Notes: a model not told the origin generated them from the sequence alone. 64,000 nucleotides of DNA from Octopus vulgaris (GCA_951406725.2 OX597840.1:21018001-21082000), one strand, 5' to 3'; positions 41,898 through 55,530 are shown, counted from the first letter of the stretch. Numbers and translations: made by a program.

Positions 41898-42280
41898 AGG
41901 AGTGGCTGTGTGTTAAGTAGCTTGCTAACCAACCACATGGTTCTGGGTTCAGTCCCACTGCGCGGCATCTTGGGCAAGTGTCTTCTGTTATAGCCCCGGG
42001 GCCGACCAAAGCCTTGTGAGTAGATTTGGTAGACGGAAACTGAAAGAAGCTCGTCGTATATATGTATGTGTGTGTTTGTGTGTGTGTTTGTCCCCCTAGC
42101 ATTGATTGACAACCAATGCTGGTGTGTTTACGTCCCCGTTACTTAGCGGTTCAGCAAAAGAGACCGATAGAATAAGTACTGGGCTTACAAAGAATAAGTC
42201 CCGGGGTTGATTTGCCCGACTAAAGGCAGTGCTCCAGCATGGCCGCAGTCAAATGACTGAAACAAGTAAAAGAGTAAAAG
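41898..42280 (+). mobile_element. SINE family 1 copy
   Basis: Colinear with 9329-9715. Confidence 0.85.
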
Positions 42281-42363
42281 TGTATATATATATATATATA
42301 TATAAGTATACATATAGAAAAAAATAGATTGGAGGAGAGTGAAATTGATTAGGTGATTGATAA

Positions 42364-42396
<33 letters not shown>

Positions 42397-42611
42397 GTAA
42401 TAGAGTGATAGATTGATAGATAAGTAAATAGATAGATATATAGATTGATAAATTGATATATAGAATGATAGATAGATAGATAGAAAGAGAGAGAGAGAGA
42501 GAGAGTGTGTCAGAGAGGGGTGGAGTGAGGGGAGGGGAGAGAGAGAAGTAGATAGATACATGGTTACATAGATATCAAGTATGTAATAGTTAATCTATGA
42601 TACCATGTCAG

Positions 42612-43005
42612 TGACTCCACCACGACCACCACGACCATGACCACCACAAACAACAACAACGACTACAACCAGCACCACCAACAACAACAACCACATCAAT
42701 GACAATAACAGAATCAGTAATAAAAGCCACAACAAAAACAACAACAACAACAATAGCGGCAGCAGCAGTAGCAGCGATCATTGTGACAACAATAGAGACA
42801 TCAACTGTACCAAGAAGCAGCAGTAACAACAACAACAACAACATCCATGGTAGCAGCAGCAGCCGCAGCAGCAGCAGAGAGAGCAGACACAACAGCAACT
42901 GCAGAAGCAACAACAACAACAACAACAGAAAGCTGTAGCAACAGCAATGCTCACAGCAACAACAACAACAACAACAACAACAACTGCAACTGCTGCAACA
43001 GCAAA
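42612..43005. repeat. (CAA/CAG/CAC)n compound trinucleotide low-complexity region
   Basis: Seen directly. The poly-Gln frame contains stops. Confidence 0.85.
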
Positions 43006-43338
43006 CGAGCGTAGAGCATATGCACATACATGCAAATCTTGACTGCATGTGAGTGTTAAAAGGACAAAAAAATCAATAAAATGCTATTTCTAGCGAAATT
43101 CTCAGTCAAGTGGAATGGTTCTCTTAAAATATTCTTCACTTTTAGAGAACGGCTTTTATGATTCGGCTTGTCACTGATTCTCAACGCATTCTGACAGCAA
43201 GATTAGTGTTGAGTTAACGCAGTCGCGACTGGCACTGGCAGCCAGTGTCAGCGAGAAGGTGTCGCGCTATGTAGGTATTACATATATGTATATATAGGTA
43301 CATATATATACATCTACATATCTATCTATCCATGTGTG

Positions 43339-43436
<98 letters not shown>

Positions 43437-43922
43437 ATTCAAACATGAAAGCACAAAAAAACACAACAACGCGAGGACGTGGAATAAATATAGTATTATT
43501 GGACGCTCAGGAAAGAAGGGAAGAAGGAGGGTTAAACGTTTCGACCAGAGCTCTTCGTCGGAAACATAGGAGAAGGAAAGATCCAGAGACGGGAAGACAG
43601 AGGAAAAAAAATCGCCAACGGTACAATATATATATACATGTATGTATGTATATGAATATGTATATGCATATGTATCTGCCAGCCTCCCCTGGCACTGTGC
43701 CGGTGGCATGTAAAAAGCACCCATTACACTCACGGAGTGGTTGGCATTAGGAAGGGCATCCAGCTGTAGAAACTCTGCCAGATCAAGATTGAAGTCTGGT
43801 GCAGCCTCCTGGCTTCCCAGACCCCAGTTGAACTGTCCAACCCATGGTAGCACGGAAAACGGACGTTAAACGATGATGATGATGATACACATACATTTAC
43901 ACATATACATTATATATATAAG

Positions 43923-43979
<57 letters not shown>

Positions 43980-44442
43980 CATCATCATCATCATCATTTA
44001 ACATCCGCTTTCCATGCTAGCATGGGTTGGACGATTTGACTGAGGTTTGGCGAACCAGATGGCTGCACCAGGCTCTAGTCTTGATTTGGCAGAGTTTCTA
44101 CAGCTGGATGCCCTTCCTAATGCCAACCACTCCGAGAGTGTAGTGGGTGCTTTTACATGCCAGTCAGGCGGTACTGGCAACAGCCACGTTCAAATGGTGT
44201 TTTTCACATGCCCAGCTGCACAGGAGCCACTCCAGCGGCACTGGCAACGACCTCGCTCAAATGTTTTTCACGTGCCACCGGCACAAGTACCAGTAAGGTG
44301 ACGCTGGGAAAATATATATATATATATCACTTAGGCATTGCGAGATCAATAACTCGATGTAGAACTCAATATATGTATGTTTTAGAACGTGATAATAAAG
44401 AGAGATTACAAAAGAATAAGTGATTGTTTTAGGAACTTCAAT

Positions 44443-44522
44443 GGCTTACAGCTGTTTCTGCCATAAGATACACTGGATTTGTAGTTGAGTACCTGAATAA
44501 CACTGATAGCTTCATCAGAGCC
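44443..44522 (-). ncRNA. Type I hammerhead motif (GAAACAGCTGTA family)
   Basis: GGCT CTGATGA A GCTAT...ATGGC A GAAA CAGCTG TA AGCC: intact core, stem I GGCT/AGCC, palindromic helix III. Confidence 0.7.
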
Positions 44523-44938
44523 TTGAATTTCATCAGATAATCGGTTATTCCTATGACCTCACTCTATCTTATTGCATATATATGTGTGTGTGTGTGTTTG
44601 ATGACAAGTCCCTTAACCCCTTGCTTGTCGTTGGGGCACTGCAGCCATGCAGCACAGCTAGGGCACGAAAGCTTGGTGGAGCCTATCCTTCTCCAGACTA
44701 CACTCATTTCTACAGCTGAGAGGGCTGGAACAACATGAAGTGAAATGTTTTGCTCAAGAACACAACAGATCGCTCGAACCAGGAATCAAAACTGCAATCC
44801 TACAGCCGTAAGTCCAACACCCTAACTACTAAGCTACGCGCCCCTACTATATATATCTATATATACGTCATTGTCTCAAAAAGGAATTAAAGGGTAATGC
44901 TAATGCTACTTCATAATAATCCTTATTATATACAGACA

Positions 44939-46227
44939 CAGACATGCAGGAAGTAAATAGACACCTTTAATTTTCAAAATCTTTTATTTAATATGCAAAA
45001 CAAACAATTGAAATGTAATCGACAGGTAGGACTACATACTTTAGTATTTAGTTGACATTCCCTTTGCAGTTTTTAATTCAGAAAATCTTTTTGGCATTGA
45101 ACTGATGAGCTTTGTGATTATCTCTTGTGGTATTTCTGCCCACTTTTCATGCAACAATCGAAACAATTCATCTTCAGATTTAGTTTTCTGTCGAGTTTTT
45201 TGTATAGCTCTATCTAGTATGTTCCAAAGATTTTCAGTTGGGTTCACATCAGGAGATTGGCTCAGCCAAGGAAGCTTTTTGATCCCATTTTCAGTCAGCC
45301 ATTGTTGATTCCATTTCACTGTGTGGCATGGAGCCCCATCTTCCATGAATAAAAACTCATTTTTAGTTATGTTATCATGTGAATACATCGGAAGTAATCC
45401 TTGCTTAAGTATTTCGATGTATTTTTCAGAGTTTATGGTTCCAACACATTCGATCAGCTCAGAACGACCATTACTGCTGACAGCTCCCCATACCATTACA
45501 GAGATACCGCCATATTTCACAATTGGTTGGAGTCACTTCAAATCAAATTCTTCATTGGGAAGCCTCCAGATCCAAACATGTCCATTGTCTGAAAATAATG
45601 CAAATCTAGATTCATCTGAGAAAATCACTCTATCCCAAGATGAACTGGATTTTTCTGACATCTCCTTTGCCCATTTCTTTCTTTTCCTGATATTAATTGG
45701 TTGAAGGAGAAGTTTTCTTCTACCTGCTCGTCCATAATACCCAAGCTTATGCAGATATGTAACACATTTTCTTGGACTAACTTCTAGCTGTTTTGTGATG
45801 TCAGAAGCCTTCGAACGGGGTTCGTTTTCCACAATTCTCTTCAAACAGCGAAGCTTCCTTTCCGAGGGCCCAGGTCGCCTGGAACGAGAATCTGTTGATT
45901 CTTTTCCTTGGCTTTTGAATTTCACTATAGTTCTATTAACAGTAGCAAGAGGAATTTGAAGATTTTCGGCAATTTTTCGCTGGCTAAGACCAGCCTCAGA
46001 TTGCCCAACAATACGACCTCTTTGAAAATCTGACAGTTCTGCTGAATTTTTTGTGCATGGCATGGTTTACTCTTCGCCAATGTTTAATATAATGGCACCT
46101 GGAATGAAAAAGAATAATTAGGGTTAGAATAATTACATTGTAAATTCTACACTGCTGAAAACATATCAAGACGCTTAGATCAGACATTTTGAAAATTAAA
46201 GGTGTCTATTTACGTCCTTCATGTGTG
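44939..46227 (-). mobile_element. Near full-length Tc1-family DNA transposon (DD34E)
   Basis: About 40-bp TIRs: catgcaggaagtaaatagacacctttaattttcaaaa on the left, ttttgaaaattaaaggtgtctatttacgtccttcatg on the right. They enclose a transposase frame. Confidence 0.93.
45041..46063 (-). pseudogene. Tc1 transposase (~340 codons) interrupted by one in-frame TGA at 45533-45535
   Basis: ORFs 45533..46063 and 45041..45520 are in the same frame. Paired-like HTH N-terminus ([12 protein letters not shown]), [18 protein letters not shown], and 34 residues from that D to the E of SPDVNPTENLW. Confidence 0.92.
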
Positions 46228-46232
46228 TGTGT

Positions 46233-46290
<58 letters not shown>

Positions 46291-47140
46291 ATATAGAGAG
46301 ATGGATAGATAGATAGATATTATCATATAACGGTTTGATTTGACTGCCTGCGGCTTAAAGTTTTGCATACCTCTAACAAAACTCTGTCTCTTTCAGGCTT
46401 AGCTTACTGAATCTTGTATATATGGCACAGTGACATGAAGCTTGCTTCTCAACCACATGGTTCCAGGTTCAGTCCCACTGCATGGCACCTTGGGCAAGTG
46501 TCTTCTGCTATAGCCTTGGGCCGACCAAAGACTTATGAGTGGATTTGGTAGACAGAAACTGAAAGAAGCCTGTCATACATATATTATGTATATACATATA
46601 TATATGAACCCTAAAAAATGCCAATGAAGGTCCTTGATTTACTACTTTACTTGCATGGAGACCTCCCACCCACCCAAATCTTAGATAGACCTCAATGGGC
46701 CCTGGTTGAGAACCACTGCTTCAAAGCGTCTGAGATGTGAATGGAATTGTGACAGAAGGAGAAGAAGAAGGTCAAAAGGGAGGAAGCAACACACCCCTCC
46801 CCCACCACCTTCAACTCCCCCCGCCACCTTCACCCCACCCCCACCTCCCTCTCCCCCAATAATGTCAAATAAAGAAGTGGAACCACTTCTCAAAGGAAAA
46901 TGGGAGTTTGCATTCTCTTGTTATTAAATTAGTCCTTTTGCTCTTTGCCGTGTTGACATTTAAACAGTTTGGCACTGTAGACCGTTCTTCCAGTTACAAA
47001 AACGTCAGTCAATCCCGATGATTCAGTGCAAGATTTATGATTGCCATGTGTACATTGTATACCCAGACATCATATACAAATACATGCCTTTATATATATG
47101 TATATATATAAATATATATAGACATGTACAGATACATGCC

Positions 47141-47174
<34 letters not shown>

Positions 47175-47304
47175 TATTTGTATATATATATGTATATATA
47201 TACTTTATTTAAAGCATATTAAATATTAAATAAAGACTATTACTCTACCACTGGTATTTGAGTACTCTTTTTTCCACCTTGTTTCACATTTATGTGTTTA
47301 CTCC

Positions 47305-47381
<77 letters not shown>

Positions 47382-47618
47382 TAATATCTATATAAATAGA
47401 AATAATACATTTCTAAATATCTCAGAGAGATTTATGCAGTAGTGGCATGATAAGGTAGTTGTATACTGTCAACTTAATGTGACAGTCCCATGAAGGGGAT
47501 CATACAACTGCTATTTAGCCCTAGGAAGCAGCAATGCTTCCTGTCAGCCTTAACACATTTCTTGTGTCCTTATGTTTACAAGGGGGAGATAAGCACCCCC
47601 ACCCAGCTAAGCCTGCAA

Positions 47619-47659
47619 CCAGAGACTAGTTTCTGAGTCTTTGCTCATCATCAGTCTGG
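47619..47659 (-). ncRNA. Minimal type I hammerhead ribozyme, canonical core
   Basis: Minus strand reads CCAGA CTGATGA TGAG-caaaga-CTCA GAAA CTAG TC TCTGG. Stem I is 5 bp, core CUGAUGA, stem II is 4 bp, GAAA, palindromic helix III (ACUAGU), GUC cleavage triplet. Confidence 0.85.
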
Positions 47660-48378
47660 AGTAGCATGGCCTGCTAGCTGGAGATGTCTATCTTGCGCTT
47701 GTAGTTCTACTGTGGTTGAGGAGACCTATTGAGTCAAGTACATCAACATCAAATAAAAATCAAATGGAAATTGTAGTTGCAATACCTGTGCTGGTAGCAC
47801 ATAAAAAGCACTATCTGAACGTGACTGATGCCAGCACCGCCTTCATTGGTGTCTGTACCAGTGGCACGTAAAAATCAACAACCGATCATGACCATTGCCA
47901 GCCTCCTCTGGCCCCTGCGCTGGTGTCACATATAAAGTACCCATTACACTCACTGAGTGGTTGGCGTTAGGAAGGGCATCCAGCTGTAGAAACATTGCCA
48001 GATCAAGATTGAAGTCTGGTGCTGCCTTCTGGCTTCCCAGACCCCGGTTGAACTGTCCAACCCATGCTAGCATGGAAAGCAGACGTTAAACTGTGATGAT
48101 AGCGCCACCTTGACTGGCTTCCGTGCCCGTGGCACATTAAAAGCACCAACCGATTGTGGCCGATGCCAGACTCCCCTGGCACCTGTGCCGGTGGCACGTA
48201 AAAAGCACCCACTATATTCACTGAGTGGTTGGCATTAGGAAGGGCATCCAGCTGTAGAAACACTGCCAGATCAAGATTGGAGCCTGGTGTAGCCTTCTGA
48301 ACTCCCAGACCCCGGTCGAACAGTCCAACCCATGCTAGCATGGAAAGTGGACGTTACACTATGATGATGATGATGATG

Positions 48379-48429
<51 letters not shown>

Positions 48430-50137
48430 TGTATGTATATATATGTATATAATATTTATGTTGTGTGGGGTTTATTGATCACAGCACATATAACCAATAT
48501 TTAGAATTCCATGTATTCAGTTTTGCTTCAAAAGTTCCATTTGTAAGAAGCAAATACATTATGATTCAATGGTTTTGTTGTTTCTTTTCTTGTTCTGCTG
48601 TTCATCTCTGATGTTTTGAACTCAACGCTTCAAATGTGGAGATAGATTTCTACATTTATGCAATACATTTTACATATGTTTCATTAACGCAATAACTGCT
48701 ATATAAGGAAATATCTTATAAACAGATTACATCAACAAATCATCAGTGATTGCGTAACAAATGCCAAAAAAGCTCTTGTTCTGTAAGGGATTTTGGACAA
48801 AAGTATGAAGTTAACAAACATAACTATTGTGTTAGATGGTCAGAAAAAGGTCAGAAAATGTGTAAATGTGTATGCATAATTGTGAGTATAGATCTGTGTG
48901 TGTGCATGTGTGTGTGTATGTGTGTGTGTACATGTACATGTATGTGTCAGTGTGCTTGCATGCATATGTGTATGTGTAAATGTGTGTGTGTGTGTTTATA
49001 TATTCTGGTACATGTACATGCATATATGTATTTATATATGAGTGTATACGTATGTATGTGTAAATCAAATGACTGAAACAAGTAAAAGAATAAAACAATA
49101 AAAGAATATACACACACACACAAACACACGTATATATATCATACAAGGAGTGACTTTCATTTCGAATATTCTGTAAAAACATGTCCAACCCTTGAAAAAA
49201 TACTTTGGGAAGAGGTGAGGCTTGGCGATATGAAGGGCATCTGCCCAGAGAAAATTTGTCCCCTGTAAATTCTGTCCAACACATGCAAGCATGGAAAGGA
49301 TCACTAACTCAATAATGATGATGATGATGATGATATACATACATATGTGTGTGTGTGTGTGAATGTGTGCGTGTTTGTACATACATACATAAATACATAT
49401 ATACATAAATACATATATACATACATAAATACATATATAAATACATACATACATAAATACATATATACATACATACATATATAAATACATACATAATACA
49501 AAATAAGAAAATGGAGGAATAGATTTCTTTCAATCATCAACTTCCAGATAATACCAATTCATATAATTTATTAACTAATTATTTAGATTAAATAGGAGCA
49601 TCCAAAACATCCAATATACTGGCAGTATATTGGATAAATGATATCCCATAGTGGGTTACACTCAAAACCCCTATCTCATTTTGTACTTTTAAGTAAATAC
49701 ATACATATATACATACATATATAAATACATACATACATGCTTACACACATACACACATATATATATGTATGTATGTATGTATGTATATGTGTATGTATAT
49801 ATGGATGGAGAGAGAGAGAGAGAGACTGACAGAGACAGAGACAGAAATCTCTTCATCTGTCTATTCATACACACGCACGCACACATGCACACACGCACAC
49901 ACATGCACACACATGCACACACACATGCACACACACACATGCACGCACACACACACACACACACAAATAGAGTGAGAAAGGTACAGAAATGTGTATGTGT
50001 GTAGCAAGTGTAATGATATGACAAGAAATACCAGTTGAGCGCTGGGGTCAATATAATCAAATTACCCCCTCTCCCCCTCCTCCTCCTGAAATTGCTGGCC
50101 TTGTGGCAATATTTGAAACCAAGAGGGGAAGAGGGGA

Positions 50138-50176
<39 letters not shown>

Positions 50177-50606
50177 TGGGAACGGAGAAGCGGTAGAGTT
50201 ATGAATAATAAGAGATTTTATCAGGCTGTGATGAGGATGTGACAATAAACGAAGACAGCTTCATCAGTGCAGTCGGCATGGCAACTGCAACACGAAGTGT
50301 GTGAAAGGCAGGGCACAGCTGACGGAGGAAAGCAGTGCTCGGTGAGGAGGAGGTGGAGGAGGAACGAGTGGCGGTTGTAGGAGGATGAGATAAGGCCTTG
50401 CGGGTTGTTGGTGGTAAACGGTGGGGGTGGGGTTTGGGTTGAATGAGTTCATTACTGATGTTGTTACTATTGTTTCTGTCGATGGTGGTGGTGGTGGTGG
50501 AGTGGTTATGCCCTGGGTCAGTCTTAATTGAAGAGATATGATCAAAAGCATTCCAGCCATGGTCATCCAATTTTTTTGCATCTGTCATCACATATCTAAG
50601 ACATTA

Positions 50607-50996
50607 TATGGGAAGCACTCCGTCGGTTACGACGATGAGGGTTCCGGTTGATCCGAATCAACGGAACAGCCTGCTCATGAAATTAACGTGTAAGTGGCTG
50701 AGCACTCCACAGACACGTGTACCCTTAACGTAGTTCTCGGGGATATTCAGCGTGACACAAAGAGTGACAAGGCCGGCCCCTTGAAATACAGGTACAACAG
50801 AAACAGGAAGTAAGAGTGAGAGAAAGTTGTGGTGAAAGAGTACAGCAGGGATCACCACCATCCCCTGCCGGAGCCTCGTGGAGCTTTTAGGTGTTTTCGC
50901 TCAATAAACACTCACAACGCCCGGTCTGGGAATCGAAACCGCGATCCTATGACCGCGAGTCCGCTGCCCTAACCACTGGGCCATTGCGCCTCCACC
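50607..50996 (-). mobile_element. tRNA-derived SINE family 3, young full-length copy
   Basis: Head GTGGAGGCGCAATGGCCCAGTGGTTAGG...GGTTTCGATTCCC with Pol III A/B boxes. 13-bp TSD atctaagacatta at 50594-50606 and 50997-51009. Confidence 0.88.
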
Positions 50997-51012
50997 ATCT
51001 AAGACATTAGAC

Positions 51013-51231
51013 CAGTGGTTTTCAACCAGTGTTCCGCGGAACCTTAGGGTTCCGCCAGTACAGTCCAGGGATTCCACAAGAAGTTACAAAACTGCTAAAA
51101 TCAGCAGTAATTTTTAATTCTCCTGTGCAGATATGTGTGCATAAGACTATTAAATTATTGCACAGGGGTTCCTCGAGCCAGTGGAATGTTTCCTTGGGGT
51201 TCAGCTCCAACAAAAAGTTTGAAAAGCACTG
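51013..51231. mobile_element. hAT (Charlie-type) MITE
   Basis: TIR cagtggttttcaa / ttgaaaagcactg, 8-bp TSD cattagac/cattagag, and internal ggttccgcggaacc palindrome. Confidence 0.85.
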
Positions 51232-52575
51232 CATTAGAGTGTTATTTCAATAAATATGTAGCTAGTGATTCTAGCAGATCAAACCATCATATAGAATAGT
51301 GGTTTTCAACTGGGGTCCACATGGCCCTTGTGGGTCCATAAAATATTTTTTGTTCATATTTATGAGCGATAAATCTAAGGTATCAAGCTAATAGAATTAT
51401 TATCTTGTTGAACAAATGCTTTCAATTCTTTACATTCTGAAGTGGATTTTACCTTCCATTCTTTCAGGGTTGATAAAATAAGTACCAGTTGAACACTGGG
51501 GTCGATGTAATCAACTTAGCCCTGCCCTGAAATTGCTGGCCTTGTGCCAAAATTTGAAACCAATCAATTGCTTATACTTCTCCAAAATACACCAAATATT
51601 TTGACAACTTTTTTTAATACAATTCCAAATTGATGTCCGATATTTTAAATCCGGGTTGGTCCCTGTTAAAAGGGGCGGCTCCTATCCTTCATTCTAATAT
51701 GGTGTCCAGTCCAATGTATCTGGCGTTTGTGCACCATCGCCTCAATACTCGAGATATCAACTGTACTCAGGACCTATGTGTCTGGAGTTTTTAAGGTCCA
51801 GCCAACATACAGAATGTATCTGAGACATCTCTGATGACAGCGTTCAAGGACCCTTATATGACATTTGTAAAGGGTCCATGTCTCACATGAGTAAAGGAGC
51901 GATGTCAGTACACAAGCGCGGGACACAGCAATTTTTATTTGCTTTGTGATGCCATTCTGAGAGCAGACACAAGAATGTATATATGTGTGTATATATATAT
52001 ATATGTCAGCGCCGCCTTGACAGGCTTCCGTGCCGGTGGCACGTTAAAAGCACCAACCGATCGTGGCCGCTGCCAGACGCCCCTGGCACCCGTGCCGGTG
52101 GCACGTAAAAAGCACCCACTACACTTGCGGAGTGGTTGGCGTTAGGAAGGGCATCCAGCTGTAGAAACACTGCCAGATCAGACTGGAGCCTGGTGCAGCC
52201 TTCGGGCTTCCCAGACCCCAGTCGAACCGTCCAACCCGTGCTAGCGTGGAAAACGCATGTTAAACGATGATGATGATGATGATGATAACAAATGAAAGAC
52301 AGAAGATGGAATATACAAGCATGTGCTTGCATGAGCGAGTGTACTTGTGCTATGCAGCTTGTACAAGAGCGCTTATACATCCATATCTGCTAACGGTTAT
52401 TTTTAATATTTTTCTCACTGGATTGCTTGTTCATTTCTCTTTTTGCCATCTGGGATTTTTATTTTTGATCTTCTATATAAATGAAGATATTTCCTCCGTC
52501 TGGCTGTTTTTCTCTCTACAAAATGGAAAGTTACATTGCAGAGCAGTCATTTTAATGAGTTGTATTTATTTATTT

Positions 52576-52681
52576 ATCACCCAACGAGATACATCTGCAC
52601 CACCGGATGCCCCTGAACCAGTTGTTGAGTGTCCCACCCAAGAGGAATCAATGCTGGATGTGTCGAAACAATTGTCGTGAT
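52576..52681 (+). ncRNA. Type I hammerhead motif with long stem II, core G5 mutated
   Basis: ATCAC CCAACGA GATACATCT...GGATGTGTC GAAA CAATTG TC GTGAT: stem I 5 bp, ~9-bp stem II, palindromic ACAAUUGU. CCAACGA is consistent with CpG decay of CCGACGA. Confidence 0.65.
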
Positions 52682-52809
52682 TAATAATAAATTCTCATAT
52701 ATTCCATCTTCTGTCTTTCATTTATTATATACCTAACGATCGTTTCTGAAAATGACCATGCTTTACCAGTAAGCTACCAGGTGTAAACCATTCATTCTAT
52801 TATCTATAT

Positions 52810-53040
<231 letters not shown>

Positions 53041-53068
53041 TTAAATATATTTTTTATACATACATATA

Positions 53069-53335
53069 TGTGGAGGTACAATGGCCCAGTGGACTCGTGG
53101 TTGTAGGATGTTGTGAGTGTTTATTGAGCGAAAACACCTAAAGCTCCACGAGGCTCCGGCAGGGGATGGTGGCGATCCCTGCTGTACTCTTTCACCGCAA
53201 CTTTCTCTCCCTCTTTCTTCTGTTGGCCTGCTCACTTAGCCAGCAGGGTGGCATCATTTGAAGGCTAAAACAATGCAAAGTGCATTGTGACCAGCGATGT
53301 GTAGCAACATCTGATAGCCTGGTCGGTCACGGCGA
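53069..53335 (+). mobile_element. SINE with family-3 head and middle but a different tail
   Basis: gtggaggtacaatggcccagtgg...aaaacacctaaagctccacgaggctccggcagggg is shared with 50607-50996. The tail (ggcctgctcacttagccagc...ggtcggtcacg) matches 40920-41030(-) instead. Confidence 0.75.
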
Positions 53336-53833
53336 TACACACACATATATACACACACATATATACACACACACACACACTCACATACACATGTATGTAT
53401 ATCTGGAATAACGATATGAATCATGTATGTATAATCATATGAATGTTTGTAGTTAAGTATGTATACATGTAGACACATGTATAAACCTCTCCAGAGCTGG
53501 CCTACCAACATACAAAAGCCGGCAACATCAGTTAATATGCAAATCTATCTTAACGATTAGTTTGCACATGCATGTATATGGATCCACCTGTGTGTGTGTG
53601 TGTTTGTATATATGCATATTTATAGGCATATATCTCTCTGTGTACGCATGTATATAAACATATGCGTGTCTGTGATCAGAAAAGTGTAATTAATAAAAGA
53701 CAAGACAGAGAAATGCCGAATAGCAAACGAGAGGAAGATATTGGCTTTGTTGATTCTGGTCTTTGTTACATCAGCAGAGTACAATTGTCTACGGATGACA
53801 CAAGCAATAAAATGTCAATTCAATATAAATTCA

Positions 53834-54246
53834 GGAGTGGCTGTGTGGTAAGTAGCTTGCTAACCAACCACATGGTTCCGGGTTCAGTCCCTCTGCGTGG
53901 CATCTTGGGCAAGTGTCTTCTGCTATAGCCCCGGGCCGACCAATGCCTTGTGAGTGGATTTGGTAGACGGAAACTGAAAGAAGCCTGTCGTATATATGTA
54001 TATATATATGTATGTATCTGTGTATTTGTGTGTCTGTGTTTGTCCCCCTAGCATTGCTTGACAACCGATGCTGGTGTGTGTACGTCCCCGTCACTTAGCG
54101 GTTCGGCAAAAGAGACCGATAGAATAAGTACTGGGCTTACAAAGAATAAGTCCCGGGGTCGATTTGCTCGACTAAAGGCAGTGCTCCAGCATGGACGCAG
54201 TCAAATGACTGAAACAAGTAAAAAAAAAAAAAAAAAAAAAAAAGAG
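53834..54246 (+). mobile_element. SINE family 1, young copy with A-rich tail
   Basis: Colinear with 9329-9715, CpGs retained, flanked by the direct repeat taaattca (probable TSD). Confidence 0.88.
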
Positions 54247-54769
54247 TAAATTCAATACAGTTTCCTCTTGTACTGGCATGTTTTATTTTTTATCTTTTAA
54301 TTATTTCACTCGTTGCATCGTGGCCATGCTGGGGCATTGCCTTGAATGGTTTTAGTTGAACAAATTGTCACCAGGACTTACTTTTTTTTGGTTTTTAATG
54401 CCTAGTACTTTATTCTCTCAGTCTCTTTTGCTGAACTGTTAGGTTACAGAGAGGTAAGCAAAGCAACAGTGGTTGTCGGGTCGTGGGTGGGGTAGCCAAA
54501 CACAAACACAAAAGACACACATACATGCACACACACACACACATACATACATGCACACACACACACATAGATACATACATACACATACACACATGCACAA
54601 TCGGCCCCAGGACTTTTTTTAAAGCCTAGTATGTATTCTATTGGACTCTTTTGCCAAACTGCTAGTTACTGGGGATGTAAACACACCAACACCAGTTGTC
54701 AGCAGAAATGGGGCGGGGGACAAACACAGACACACAAAGAGATACACACACACACACAGGTGAAGACTA

Positions 54770-55530
54770 ATTCAGTCTCTGCTGCCCCACTCAGAAGCAA
54801 TAATACACTTGTGACCCTGGGATACCTGCAGACAATATGGAAAGCTTTACGCCATTGTGATGGATTTAGAAGAGTTTCCAAAACCTCTGGGTAGCTCCTG
54901 CAGTTTCTGCAAGGTATAAAGCATCTCTAATGCCTGTCTGTGTGTCATTATTCAGATTAATTTCAAGATTTCTTGCCAATAAAGAGCTGGTTTCTAACCT
55001 AGACCCAAGGCTACTTTATTGGAATTTCAACAACATCAACAGGGTATTTTTGTATGTATATATGTATGTATACATGCAGATTTATATGTTTTGTTTTATG
55101 CATGTATTCTCATGCATATAGTTGCATATCTAGACATGCTCTTATATATTTAAATGATAAACTTCTGGAAAGGTTTACAGACTTTTACAGTTCCAGTGAT
55201 TCTTGAATCTGTAGTCCTCAAATCAACTTCCTCTTTTCTGGCTTTGAGAAGCCTATTTTCTCAAGATTGGTCTTTAGGCAGTGTGTTACATATCCCAGTG
55301 CCCCAATAATTACAGCTATAAAACCTGAACTTGTAATCTGGATAGAGCAACTGCAAATTTCTGAAATAGTTCAGTGTAGATATTTTCTTTTCGCATATCT
55401 TTAGCTTTATGTTAACATCCATTGGGCAGCTGATTTCCACAACTGTACACACTTTGTCTTCTCTGTCCCAAATCACTATGTCAGGTCTATTATGTTTACA
55501 TTTTATGGAGGTCTTCACTGGGGCATTCTA
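54770..55530 (-). mobile_element. 3' fragment of a non-LTR retrotransposon with restriction-like endonuclease (R2/R4/HERO/NeSL group)
   Basis: KHNRPDIVIWD...VVEISCP.D.N is the RLE PD-(D/E) motif, followed by L.LLYPDYKF and a terminal GTVKVCKPF. Putative 3' UTR runs to ~54770. Confidence 0.75.

Noticed and set aside
42608-43048. Possible poly-Gln coding exon
   Set aside because: The Gln frame is interrupted by stops and there are no splice anchors. Treated as a compound trinucleotide repeat.
43229-43251. Short hairpin ctggcactggc-a-gccagtgtcag as a miRNA candidate
   Set aside because: An 11-bp arm with a 1-nt loop is far too short for a pre-miRNA.
50900-50996. tRNA gene
   Set aside because: The tRNA-like A/B boxes are the head of a TSD-flanked SINE. 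No proper acceptor stem was found.
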